A DNA stretch of 64,000 bases from an uncultured Desulfospira sp. (GTDB taxonomy: Bacteria; Desulfobacterota; Desulfobacteria; Desulfobacterales; Desulfobacteraceae): positions 1,984,001 to 2,048,000 of the forward strand of contig OY760175.1 in NCBI GenBank assembly GCA_963663165.1, written 5' to 3'. The notes beneath the pieces were generated by a model. It was not told the origin of the DNA and did not search any database. It was given only the letters and a program-made list of their open reading frames with translations. A program made the position numbers and the translations under genes. Of this stretch, positions 27,303 to 37,170 are shown in pieces; within the stretch, counting starts at the first letter, position 1; each line of letters starts with the position of its first letter.

Positions 27303-27641
27303 ATGGAAATCAACAGCATACAAAGCCCAAACCCATATGCATCCGCCCAGATGCCGGTTAAAGACGACATCCGTGTCGGGGAACAAAACAAAGAAGCTGC
27401 CCGGACAGAATTATCCCAGGACAACGCAAGAGCGGTTCAGGAGGCATTTGAAGTCAACATCACCCAGCAGGCCCGGGATATGATGGCGGCCCAGGCAGCC
27501 CGAGAACCTGAAAAAGCGGTAGAAACGGAAGAACCCGAGGCAGCTGAAGAACCTGATCAGGCCCTTGCGGCTGATGAACAACCGCCTGGAAACCAGGCCG
27601 AGGCCCAGAGAGAAAGCCAGATTGTTAACATTGTGGCCTGA
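27303..27641 (+). CDS. Hypothetical acidic low-complexity protein
   Basis: 112 aa, GGAGGGAG SD, ends IVNIVA. Confidence 0.65.
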   Translation: MEINSIQSPNPYASAQMPVKDDIRVGEQNKEAARTELSQDNARAVQEAFEVNITQQARDMMAAQAAREPEKAVETEEPEAAEEPDQALAADEQPPGNQAEAQRESQIVNIVA

Positions 27642-27714
27642 TTCGTCTGCTTAAGACCCGCCAACATGAAAAGCTGCTTTTCCCCCACTGAATTGAAAAT
27701 AAGAACCAAGCATT

Positions 27715-28179
27715 ATGATTACTGAATACGGTGTTGTTACAAAGGCAAATCCATCTTCAGCATGGGTAAAAACCAACCGGACCGCCACATGCGAAAGCTG
27801 TGCATCCCGGGAAAACTGTGGTGGCCACGGGATCACGGAGATGACCGTTGTGGTGAAAAACAATCTGGGCGTAAAACAAGGAGATCAGGTAGTTATCGGC
27901 TTACAAAGCAGTCCCATGATATTTCTGGCTTTCTTTCTCTACGTATTTCCTATTCTTTTCCTGCTCATCGGCGCCCTGACCGGAAACGCCATAGCCCCCC
28001 TGTTCTCAATGGACCCTTCTGTGTGCGCGCTGGCCCTGGGCGGGACAGGCTTTTGCATTGCTTTTTTAATCATCCGTCTAAGCCATTCGCGGTTAAGCCG
28101 TAAAGACAAGTACAAACCCTTCCTGGTCAGAAAGGGCGCTCCGCCTTCCCAATCCTGCCAGGCAGCACAACAAACTTAA
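27715..28179 (+). CDS. rseC: RseC/MucC-family protein
   Basis: MITEYGVV, RTATCESCASRENCG, GDQVVIG, two TM helices. Confidence 0.85.
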   Translation: MITEYGVVTKANPSSAWVKTNRTATCESCASRENCGGHGITEMTVVVKNNLGVKQGDQVVIGLQSSPMIFLAFFLYVFPILFLLIGALTGNAIAPLFSMDPSVCALALGGTGFCIAFLIIRLSHSRLSRKDKYKPFLVRKGAPPSQSCQAAQQT

Positions 28180-28420
28180 AATTCGGCCGGCAATTTAACC
28201 GGAAACCGTGTTCTTACCCGTTGCTGTTTCCATCGCAAATTTTTAAGTTGTGCTTGTCTCAAAGCCTAGAGCCAAGCTGTATCCAATAAAATTTAAGGGG
28301 CACCCCCCTTATAGAAACGGCAAATATTTTTTCTTGCCAAGGGGACCATAATATAATATAACCGCTGCCAGTTGTGGGTTCGTCACATAACTCCAAACCT
28401 TAACAATTGAGAGAAAAGCT

Positions 28421-28786
28421 ATGACATCACAACGTAATCTCAAAGCAGCCGTCTATATCATGATCGTTCTTTTGATCACTGGAATTGTCTGCTATGCATC
28501 TTTTACGCCTCCTGTCCCTGAACCACCGCTAAGGCTGATGTTTCAAAACAAGGGCGGCAAAGTTCTTTTCACCCACCTTGCGCACACAGACGACTATTCT
28601 CTTGAATGTCTGGACTGTCATCATAACATTGAAGATGATGAAACCTACAACTGCAGTGAGTGCCACGAGGAGACCGGTGACGAGGATATGCCTTCAAGGG
28701 CGGATGCTTTCCATGCCCAATGCAAGGGATGCCATGAAGATGCCGGCGCAGGTCCGGTGGAGTGTAATTCATGCCACGCATTATAG
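28421..28786 (+). CDS. Tetraheme cytochrome c3 (class III), membrane-anchored or exported
   Basis: Four CxxCH motifs (CLDCHH, CSECH, CKGCH, CNSCH) and VLFTHLAH. Confidence 0.92.
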   Translation: MTSQRNLKAAVYIMIVLLITGIVCYASFTPPVPEPPLRLMFQNKGGKVLFTHLAHTDDYSLECLDCHHNIEDDETYNCSECHEETGDEDMPSRADAFHAQCKGCHEDAGAGPVECNSCHAL

Positions 28787-28859
28787 GCCGGTCTTGTCAA
28801 CCGGAAATGCGTAAGGCATCATCCATGATCAAAGCTTCTTACCAAAACAAGGACATATT

Positions 28860-30128
28860 ATGATTAAACGATCTTTTTTTGCACTGAGCCGGCCAAGGCT
28901 GACCTATGATCTGCTTGAGTCTGATCCCAGGGAGCCTGAATCCATACCTGTTCCGGGCAACCTCACGATGCTGATCCATGAAGAAATCGACTCGGCAAAG
29001 CAGCTTCTGTTCAAGAAGGGAGATCCGGTCCGCCAGGGAGAAAAAATAAAGCTTTACGAAGACAGTAAATCTTACGGCATTTCTCCGGTATCAGGAATCA
29101 TCCAGTCTTTTGATGCCTACGCTGATGACTTCGGCAATCAGGCCACCTATGTCATGATTACCCATGATCCCCTGGCCAGCCTGGACCCTGAGTCCCTGGA
29201 TCCTGTGGAAAATCTTGACTTTGCGGACAACTTTCTGCGAACCATGCCCGGTTGCATCCCCTTTGGAACCCTGAACCGGGAAGACATCAATGTTGATACC
29301 CTTGTGGTAAACGGCGCTGACACGGACCTTCTCTGTACAGCCAACCAGTTTATCGTTACCCGGTATCCCGATGAAATCAAAAAAGGGGCCTCTATCCTGA
29401 AAGCCATGACCGGGGCCAGCCGCCTTTGCATGATTGTTCCCGAGGATTTAAGTTTAGGGGATGACGACTTCGAAGGGTTCAAGGTCTTCAGGACCTCCGG
29501 CGAATACCCGTCGGCCCTGCCCGGCCTGGTGATGAAGGATCACCTCGACATGGTTCCGGCTCCCGGGCTGACCCCGGAAGAACAAGGGATCTGTTTTGTC
29601 AAGCCCGAAGCCCTGGTTTCCCTGACAAAGGTTTTCGAAACCGGCCAGCCCGTGTTTGAAAAGATGATTACCCTGGTTGACAAAGCAGGAACAGCAACCC
29701 GGGTCAAGGCTGTCCTGGGCACCCCTTTAAATAAAATACTCACCCGGTATGGCATTCAGGTCAACGAACAGGACCGGATCATCATTGGCGGCCCCATGAG
29801 AGGATTTGCCACCTATACGGTCTTCCATCCTGTGACTGAGGACATGGATATGGTCATTATCCAGGACAGGGACATTATCCCGGAACTTTCCGACAGTGCC
29901 TGTGTCAACTGCGGGAAATGTGTCAGGGTCTGTCCGACCAACGTTCCTGTCAACCTTCTGGTCAGGTTCCTGGAAGCCGGCCTCTATGAGGAGGCGGCTG
30001 ACACTTTCGACCTGGAATCCTGTATCGAATGCGGCTTATGCGCCTATGTTTGTACCGCCAGAATCCCCTTGTACCAATACATAATGCTGGGGAAACACGA
30101 ACTTGCAACCCTTAGGGCAGAAAGCTAA
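28860..30128 (+). CDS. rnfC: Rnf complex subunit C (divergent)
   Basis: SPVSG, IIGGPMRG, CVNCGKCVRVCP and CIECGLCAYVC. Confidence 0.9.
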   Translation: MIKRSFFALSRPRLTYDLLESDPREPESIPVPGNLTMLIHEEIDSAKQLLFKKGDPVRQGEKIKLYEDSKSYGISPVSGIIQSFDAYADDFGNQATYVMITHDPLASLDPESLDPVENLDFADNFLRTMPGCIPFGTLNREDINVDTLVVNGADTDLLCTANQFIVTRYPDEIKKGASILKAMTGASRLCMIVPEDLSLGDDDFEGFKVFRTSGEYPSALPGLVMKDHLDMVPAPGLTPEEQGICFVKPEALVSLTKVFETGQPVFEKMITLVDKAGTATRVKAVLGTPLNKILTRYGIQVNEQDRIIIGGPMRGFATYTVFHPVTEDMDMVIIQDRDIIPELSDSACVNCGKCVRVCPTNVPVNLLVRFLEAGLYEEAADTFDLESCIECGLCAYVCTARIPLYQYIMLGKHELATLRAES

Positions 30129-30141
30129 TACGGAGGCTGAC

Positions 30142-31110
30142 ATGAACCATAATAAACTCATTGTTTCCCACGCCCCATTCTGGCATGACGGAGACAGCCT
30201 GTTTAAAATGAACCTGAATATCATCCTGGCCCTGCTGCCCGCGACCCTGTTCGGGTTTGCCCGGTTTGGCGGCGTGGCGGTAGGGGTTGTGGCCCTGGCC
30301 ATATCCAGCGCCATGATCTGGGAATTGATCATGAACCTGATTTCAAAGCAGAAGCCTTCCATAGGCGATCTGGATTCTGCGGTCATCGGCATCATCTTCG
30401 GGCTGATGCTTCCGGCAACCTCCCCCTGGTGGATGGTGATCACCGGCACTTTTGTGGCAGTGGTGATCGGCAAAATCATCTTCGGGGGCACCGGGGGCAA
30501 CCCCTTTAACCCGGCCCTGATCGGCATGTCCTTTTTAATGCTTTCCTGGAAAACCTTGTTTGATTTTGATGCGGCCTACGTCAATTACGACTTTCAGTTT
30601 ACGGCCTTAACCCCTCTGGCAGCCTTGAAAACCAAAGGGGTTGCTGAAATTTCAGGCATGTTTCCGATAAATGACCTTATCATGGGCAACCAGGTTGGCG
30701 CCATTGGCTCCATCTTCGGTTTGGGAATCATCTTAGGCGGCATTTACCTGATTCTTCGGGGATACGTCCGGTGGGAAATCCCTGTCTCATTTATCGCAGG
30801 GATACTGGTCACGGCCTGGCTGTTCCAGTTAGTAGATCCCAATGCCTACGGCGATCCGTTCTTTCACCTATTTACAGGATATACGCTCCTGGGCGCATTC
30901 TTCCTGTCCACGGAGAATTCATCTTCTCCTGTCAATACCATCCCCATGCTGATTTATGGGGCAGGGGCAGGGGTAATGATCATCCTCATGCGCAATATCG
31001 GCGTATACCAGGATGGAACCGTCCTGGCTATCCTGCTTTTGAATCTGCTAAATCCCCTGGTCGATAAGATCAGACCGAAAGCCTTGGGAAAGGGGGCAAA
31101 CCATGCGTGA
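30142..31110 (+). CDS. rnfD: Rnf complex subunit D
   Basis: VSHAPFWH, FGGTGGNPFNPA, TALTPL. Start refined using the GGAGG SD. Confidence 0.92.
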   Translation: MNHNKLIVSHAPFWHDGDSLFKMNLNIILALLPATLFGFARFGGVAVGVVALAISSAMIWELIMNLISKQKPSIGDLDSAVIGIIFGLMLPATSPWWMVITGTFVAVVIGKIIFGGTGGNPFNPALIGMSFLMLSWKTLFDFDAAYVNYDFQFTALTPLAALKTKGVAEISGMFPINDLIMGNQVGAIGSIFGLGIILGGIYLILRGYVRWEIPVSFIAGILVTAWLFQLVDPNAYGDPFFHLFTGYTLLGAFFLSTENSSSPVNTIPMLIYGAGAGVMIILMRNIGVYQDGTVLAILLLNLLNPLVDKIRPKALGKGANHA

Positions 31111-31684
31111 TATGATAAATCTGATTGTTGTCTTGACTGCTCTGACGGCTTTGTCCGGCGGGCTTCTGGCTGCCGTCAAATCCGGCACAGAAGAACAGAT
31201 TGAAAATCAGGTCCTTAAATTTCAAAAGGCCCCGGCCATTGCCCAGATTTTCCCGGAAACTTCCAATGACCCCTTGCAAGACCGGTTCGATGTCACCCAA
31301 GGGGACGTTAAACTCCAGGTTTTTCCGGTGGTTCTGCCCGATGGTGCCAAAGCCGTTGCATTTGAATCCTCAGGAACCGGATTCGGCGGCCCGGTAGGCC
31401 TTATGGTGGGCGTCAACCTGGATCAGGATAAAATTATCGGTGTAAGGGTAACCACCCATTCCGAGACTCCCGGCATCGGGGCCCGGGCAAAAGATGATCC
31501 GACCTTTGTCAGCCAGTTTGCCGGCATGGCCATGGACACCAACTTTGCCCTTAAAGGCGGCGGCGGAAGCATTGACGCCATCTCCGGCGCGACCGTCACA
31601 TCCGCCGGTGTCAGCCAGGCCGCAGTCCAGGCCCAGAAGCTATACGAATCATTAAAACCTGAAATTGTCAAACAGATCCAATAA
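31103..31684 (+). CDS. rnfG: Rnf complex subunit G
   Basis: HSETPGIG and DAISGATVTS FMN-binding motif. Confidence 0.93.
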   Translation: MRDMINLIVVLTALTALSGGLLAAVKSGTEEQIENQVLKFQKAPAIAQIFPETSNDPLQDRFDVTQGDVKLQVFPVVLPDGAKAVAFESSGTGFGGPVGLMVGVNLDQDKIIGVRVTTHSETPGIGARAKDDPTFVSQFAGMAMDTNFALKGGGGSIDAISGATVTSAGVSQAAVQAQKLYESLKPEIVKQIQ

Positions 31685-31710
31685 GCTTAAGTTTTTCGGG
31701 AGATAAAATT

Positions 31711-32319
31711 ATGGCACAATCCCTGGTAAAAGAATTCACAAAAGGACTATGGGCGGAAATTCCTCCGTTCCGGCTGGTACTGGGACTATGCCCCACCCTG
31801 GCGGTGACCAAGACCGTTGAGAACGGGATTGGAATGGGCGTGGCCACTACCTTTGTTCTGCTTTTCTCAAATATTTTGATTTCACTGCTTCGAAACATTA
31901 TTCCCGGCAAAGCCAGAATAGCCTGTTACATTGTCATCATCGCCACCTTTGTTACCATCGTGGAACTGCTCATGCAGGCCTATGCCTATGAGCTGTTTCT
32001 CAAACTCGGTATCTTCATCCCCCTGATCGTGGTTAACTGTATCGTTCTGGGCCGGGCCGAAGCCTTTGCCGGGAAAAACACCGTGCTGCCATCGGCGGCA
32101 GACGGGCTTGGCATCGGCATAGGGTTTACCCTGTCCCTGGCGGCACTTGGCGCCGTAAGGGAATTTTTAGGCGCCGGCACCCTGACCATATGGGGCGGTA
32201 ATCCGGTGGTAGACCTTGGGGCCAGTTTCATGCCCTTCCAGTTTATGATTGAGGCACCCGGCGCATTTGTCGGGCTTGGGCTGATGCTCTGCCTGATGAA
32301 CCTGATCGGAAAAAAATAA
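31711..32319 (+). CDS. rnfE: Rnf complex subunit E
   Basis: LGLCPTLAVT, FIPLIVVNCIVLGRAEAFA. Confidence 0.95.
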   Translation: MAQSLVKEFTKGLWAEIPPFRLVLGLCPTLAVTKTVENGIGMGVATTFVLLFSNILISLLRNIIPGKARIACYIVIIATFVTIVELLMQAYAYELFLKLGIFIPLIVVNCIVLGRAEAFAGKNTVLPSAADGLGIGIGFTLSLAALGAVREFLGAGTLTIWGGNPVVDLGASFMPFQFMIEAPGAFVGLGLMLCLMNLIGKK

Positions 32320-32336
32320 TTTAAGGAGAACCAAAT

Positions 32337-32912
32337 ATGGGCGATCTATTTGTTCTGGCCATCAGCTGTATACTCATTAATAACATTCTCCTTTCCCAGT
32401 TTTTGGGGAACTGTCCCTTTCTGGGAACATCCAAAAAAATGGAGACCGCTGTCGGTATGGCCATGGCGGTTGTCTTCGTACTGGTCATGGCCGGCATTAT
32501 CACCTGGATAGTTGATGTCTATCTGCTCAAGGCCCTGGATGTTGAATATTTAAGAACCTTATCCTTTATCCTGGTTATTGCCTCTCTGGTACAATTTGTG
32601 GAAATGTTCCTGAAAAAAAGCATGCCGGCCCTTTATGCGGGCCTGGGTATCTTTCTTCCGCTGATCACCACCAACTGTGCGGTTATGGGCGTCTGCCTGA
32701 TTAATGTCAAAGAAGAATACACCTTTGTTGAGGCAACGGTTTCCTCTTTTGCCTATGCGGTGGGTTTCGGCCTTGCCCTGATCCTGTTTGCCGGGGTCCG
32801 GGAACGGATCAATGTGGCAAGGGTTCCCAAGCCTTTACAGGATACTTCTATCGGGCTGGTCACTGCCGGAATCATAGCCTTGACCTTTATGTCCTTCAGA
32901 GGAATGGTGTAG
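32337..32912 (+). CDS. rnfA: Rnf complex subunit A
   Basis: NNILLSQFLGNCPFLG, LGIFLPLITTNCAV. Confidence 0.95.
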   Translation: MGDLFVLAISCILINNILLSQFLGNCPFLGTSKKMETAVGMAMAVVFVLVMAGIITWIVDVYLLKALDVEYLRTLSFILVIASLVQFVEMFLKKSMPALYAGLGIFLPLITTNCAVMGVCLINVKEEYTFVEATVSSFAYAVGFGLALILFAGVRERINVARVPKPLQDTSIGLVTAGIIALTFMSFRGMV

Positions 32913-33080
32913 TCAGCTTTTAGCTATTAGCCGTTAGCTTTTAGCTTTTGAAATCATCATACTAACGGCCAATCTGAGATGGATTAAAAGGGTATCTGAA
33001 AAGGTACCCTTTTTTATTAGCTATTAGCTTTGAGGCGTTCAGGCAGCTAATGGCTAACTGCTAACAGCTAATAGCTTTAA
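32913..33080. repeat. TTAGCTG/TTAGCCG heptamer-repeat inverted element
   Basis: The same repeat family occurs at about 6118-6150, 7853-7942, 14437-14497 and 48860-48905. Confidence 0.7.
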
Positions 33081-33098
33081 AAAAAACATGGATACCAT

Positions 33099-34115
33099 TT
33101 GAAAAAAGCCTTTAAAGGGATGGCCCTGGTGCTGGGGATCGGTCTGATAATTTCCCTGTCCGGAGCCGCATTTGGCATTTACTGGGTTTCAAAATCCGTA
33201 TCCGTGCCGCTGAACCCCCAGGCGGAACGGGTGATGTTCAGGATCGATCCCGGCACAGGTCTCAATGCCGTGGCGGACCAGCTTCAGGCAAAGGGGCTGA
33301 TTGCCCACGCCCTTGGCCTGAAACTCTATGCCCGGTATCAGAAAACGGCCTGCCGGATAAAGGCCGGCGAGTATCTGATTTCAGCGGCCATGCCGCCGGC
33401 GGTAATATTGCAGATCTTCATTGAGGGCAAAGAAAGGCTCTTGCGGGTGACCATTCCCGAAGGCTTCAATATGGACCAGATTGCCCAACGGGTGGCGGCC
33501 AGAGGCTGGTGCAGTAAAGAAACGTTTCTGACACTCTGCCGTGACATGGACTTTATCCATACCCTGAATGTTCCTTCCCATACCCTGGAAGGATTTTTAT
33601 TTCCCGAAACCTATTTTTTCCCGCCCCATGCCGACTGCCGCCAGATTATCCAGAAAATGGTCGACACCTTTTACACGGTGTTTACCCCGGCCTGGCAGGA
33701 ACAGACAAGACTGATGGGGTTTTCCCTTCAGGAAATCGTTACCCTGGCCTCCATGATCGAAAAAGAAACCGGCGACCCTGGTGAGCGTCCCATGATTTCA
33801 TCGGTATTCCATAACCGGCTGAAAAAGCGGATGCGCCTTGAAAGTGACCCCACAGTGGTTTACGGGGATACGGAATTCACCGGCCGGATCCGGACCCGGC
33901 ACCTGAAACGATTCACCCCTTACAACACCTACCAGATCCCGGGGCTTCCCAAAGGTCCCATTGCCAGCCCCGGCACCAAATCCCTTGAAGCCGCCCTTTA
34001 CCCTGAAAAAAGTAATTTCCTGTTTTTTGTTTCTAAAAACGACGGCACCCACCAGTTTTCCAGGACCCTGGCCCAGCATAACAAGGCGGTCAGAACCTAT
34101 CAGCTCAATCGGTAA
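33099..34115 (+). CDS. mltG: Endolytic transglycosylase MltG
   Basis: TIPEG, LEGFLFPETY, LASMIEKET, SVFHNRL, PYNTY..GLPKGPI. Confidence 0.95.
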   Translation: MKKAFKGMALVLGIGLIISLSGAAFGIYWVSKSVSVPLNPQAERVMFRIDPGTGLNAVADQLQAKGLIAHALGLKLYARYQKTACRIKAGEYLISAAMPPAVILQIFIEGKERLLRVTIPEGFNMDQIAQRVAARGWCSKETFLTLCRDMDFIHTLNVPSHTLEGFLFPETYFFPPHADCRQIIQKMVDTFYTVFTPAWQEQTRLMGFSLQEIVTLASMIEKETGDPGERPMISSVFHNRLKKRMRLESDPTVVYGDTEFTGRIRTRHLKRFTPYNTYQIPGLPKGPIASPGTKSLEAALYPEKSNFLFFVSKNDGTHQFSRTLAQHNKAVRTYQLNR

Positions 34116-34701
34116 ACTGTTTGAGATAAACGATCAAGGCCCCGCTTTTGGTTTTTTTCTTTTGTTCCCACTGATAGCTCAACACCACATCCTGTTTTTT
34201 TAATTCTTTGAGCAGGTCCTGGATCACGTCGGGCAGAACAGGGCCAAGGTCCGAGTGAAGCCCCCTGCCCACAATAATTCTAACGGTAAAAAATCCCTGG
34301 TGCTTGCAGGACAGGATAAAGGATTTTGCCCTGAGCTGGGCCCCGAGGGCCGTGAACCCGTGAAGGTCCAGCTCCTTTTCAGGGCCGGGATACCGTTTGA
34401 GTTTTTTATGCAGGGAAACCGGCTTACGGACAGGCTTGGACCTTGGGGCCGTTTGTTTAAAAGAGGCTTCCAGCAGGGTTTCAAAATCTTCCTTAACCTC
34501 ATCTTCCCCATCACCGGTAAAGACCTCTGGCAAATCCCGGATCACCGGCAGGCCGTGCCGGTTTAAGTCAGGACCGGGAGCCGGGGGGGGATCTTCAGGG
34601 CCATGGGCTCTTTTTTTACGGCTGAATGCCTTGAGAAAATCATGATCCGACTCAAGCACCGGCAGCTTATTTTTATTCTTTTTTTTCCCCTGTTTTCCCA
34701 T
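34105..34701 (-). CDS. Smr/MutS2-domain protein
   Basis: ELDLHG, IIVGRGLHS, SGALIVYL. Confidence 0.88.
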   Translation of the reverse strand: MGKQGKKKNKNKLPVLESDHDFLKAFSRKKRAHGPEDPPPAPGPDLNRHGLPVIRDLPEVFTGDGEDEVKEDFETLLEASFKQTAPRSKPVRKPVSLHKKLKRYPGPEKELDLHGFTALGAQLRAKSFILSCKHQGFFTVRIIVGRGLHSDLGPVLPDVIQDLLKELKKQDVVLSYQWEQKKKTKSGALIVYLKQFTD

Positions 34702-34908
34702 GGGGCTATTTTATGTCAGGGTTCCTTTTTTTTCAAGGAGAGGAAAACCCGGGAAACCGGAGACGGGAGAAAAAGAAGCCGCAGACCGGATGCGAAACCC
34801 CTGATGATCAGCGATCCGGTTTTCGGCTTTCTGTCTGGTGTCTTCTGACTCCTGTTTCTTGTCTCTTGTCTCTTGAATTTGTCCCCCCTTCCTGTTATGG
34901 TCTCCCCC

Positions 34909-36888
34909 ATGGAAATTGGCGCTATTGTAGAATATATTGAACAGCAAAAAATCATTTCAGCGGTAATACTGGCCTGCCAAAAAGGCAAGCTTCGGTTACT
35001 CAATGAAAACAGCCGGGAAGTCAATTTTTCAGAAAACAGACTCTCCCATATTGCTCCCTTGCGCCTGGACTTAGACCAGCCCAGAACCACCCTGGTCAGC
35101 CTGCTTAAAGAAACCACGGAAAACCGCAAAAAACTGTCGGAAAGCATTGATATCAAAGAGCTGTGGGAAATCCTCCATGATGAGGACGGCGAGATTGACA
35201 TTTCCGCCATGACCCTGTTCTGTTTTGATCCGCCCCTGACGCCTGACCATGAGGCCGCCGTTATCCGGGCATTTTTCAACGACAGGCTCTACTTCCGGTT
35301 TAATAAACTTATCTTTGCGCCCTATACGCCGGACCAGGTCAAAGCCCGGAAAAGACAGATTATAGAAACCGAAAAAAAAGAGCGCCTGATCCAGGAGGGC
35401 ATCCAGTGGCTGACCAGTATTATCCGGCCCGGCAAGGAGGTGGTCCCCCCCCCTGCAGATGTCTTAAAGGTTCTCAAATCCTATTATCTGTTCGGCAATG
35501 ACTCGCCCGGGGCAGCCATGGCCCGGCAGATGCTCAAAAAATCCGGCCTGACCACCCCGGATCCGTTGTTCAACTATTTTGTCAAAGCCGGCATCTGGGA
35601 TAAGGATGAGAACATAGATCTGCTCACCCTGAGGATCCCTACCCAGTTTTCAGACCAGGTCCTGGAAAAAGCCCAAACGCTGATCAAGACCCATTCCCTG
35701 GTCTACAAGGATCCCTGCCGGACAGACTTGACCCACCTGCCCTTGATCACCATCGACGGCCAGTCCACCCTGGATTATGACGATGCCTTAAGCCTTGAAA
35801 CCACTGAACAGGGGTACCGGCTCGGGATCCATATCATTGATGTGGGGGCCTATATCAAAACAAGCGATCCCATTGACCTGGCGGCAAGGGAAAGGGCCAG
35901 TTCCATCTACATGCCCGATGACAAGCTGCCCATGATCCCCCCTTCCCTGTCCGAGGACCTGTGCAGCCTCAAGCAGGATGAAATCCGGCCCGGGGTATCC
36001 ACCCTGGTCCAGATGAACCGGTTCTTTGAGGTCCTGGACTATAAGATTGTTCCCAGTATCATCAAGGTCCATCAGCAGATGAGCTACACTGAAGCCAACC
36101 AGCTCAACGGAAAGAATGACCCCATCACCACCCTTTATAAGATAGCCACCCTGCTCAGGGAGAAACGGCTCAAGGCCGGGGCGGTCCAGATTACCCTGCC
36201 CGAAGTCAACGTATGGCTGGAGGAAAACCGGGAAATCCGGTATGCCAAGATCGACCGGGAAAACCCGGCAAGAATGCTGGTATCTGAAATGATGATCTTT
36301 GCCAACTCCCTGATGGCGGGATTTCTGGCCGAAAACGAGATACCGGCCGTGTTCAGGTCCCAGGCGGCACCCAAGCAGCGGCTGTTCAGCGGCATTGAAA
36401 CCCAGCTGCTTCCCAATTTCATGCAGCGCAAACATTTAAGCCGGGCCATTATCGGCACCTTCCCCGAACCCCATTCAGGCCTTGGGGTCAGCGCCTATGT
36501 CACGGCCACCTCCCCCATCCGCCGGTACCATGACCTGCTCACCCAGCGCCAGATCAAGGCGGTCTTAGGCTTTGGAAAGGCCTATTCCCGGCAGGAATTA
36601 GATGAGATTTTACAGGCCGTGTCCATTCCCATGGCCAATGCGGGCAGGGTCCAGGGAGCCAGAAAAAAATACTGGCTGATCAAGTATCTGGAAGCCATGC
36701 GGGGCCAGAATTTTGAAGCCCTGGTCCTGGAGTGCCACAGGGATTATTATAATATCCTGATCAAGGAATTCATGCTTGAAACCCGGATGTCCGTTTCCGG
36801 ATACAAGTTCAAACACGGGGACGCCATCCAGGTCACCATTCAGCATGCGGACGCCCGGCGTAATCAGCTCTCCATTTTCCCGGCCTGA
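34909..36888 (+). CDS. RNB-domain exoribonuclease (RNase II/R family)
   Basis: ITIDGQSTLDYDDALS, RASSIYMP, ATSPIRRYHDL. Confidence 0.92.
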   Translation: MEIGAIVEYIEQQKIISAVILACQKGKLRLLNENSREVNFSENRLSHIAPLRLDLDQPRTTLVSLLKETTENRKKLSESIDIKELWEILHDEDGEIDISAMTLFCFDPPLTPDHEAAVIRAFFNDRLYFRFNKLIFAPYTPDQVKARKRQIIETEKKERLIQEGIQWLTSIIRPGKEVVPPPADVLKVLKSYYLFGNDSPGAAMARQMLKKSGLTTPDPLFNYFVKAGIWDKDENIDLLTLRIPTQFSDQVLEKAQTLIKTHSLVYKDPCRTDLTHLPLITIDGQSTLDYDDALSLETTEQGYRLGIHIIDVGAYIKTSDPIDLAARERASSIYMPDDKLPMIPPSLSEDLCSLKQDEIRPGVSTLVQMNRFFEVLDYKIVPSIIKVHQQMSYTEANQLNGKNDPITTLYKIATLLREKRLKAGAVQITLPEVNVWLEENREIRYAKIDRENPARMLVSEMMIFANSLMAGFLAENEIPAVFRSQAAPKQRLFSGIETQLLPNFMQRKHLSRAIIGTFPEPHSGLGVSAYVTATSPIRRYHDLLTQRQIKAVLGFGKAYSRQELDEILQAVSIPMANAGRVQGARKKYWLIKYLEAMRGQNFEALVLECHRDYYNILIKEFMLETRMSVSGYKFKHGDAIQVTIQHADARRNQLSIFPA

Positions 36889-37170
36889 TATCACTAAGAA
36901 TTTGCCATGGGCAAGGTGTCAGGACAATCGCATGTAAAACATATGGAGACCGGAAACCGGAAAAAGGGGGACCGGAATGCGCCCCCCTAAGGATGCGTGA
37001 TCCGGTCTCCCGTCTCCCTTCCTCCGGTCTCCTTCTTTACATACTCACATATAAGACAGTCGGCAGATTACATGAGATTACCCTGGGCAAAGTGTTCATA
37101 AATCTTGTCTTTTCCGGCTCCCTTATGATAGTATTTTTATCTTTATGACAGCGCAAAGGAGATTGAATGC

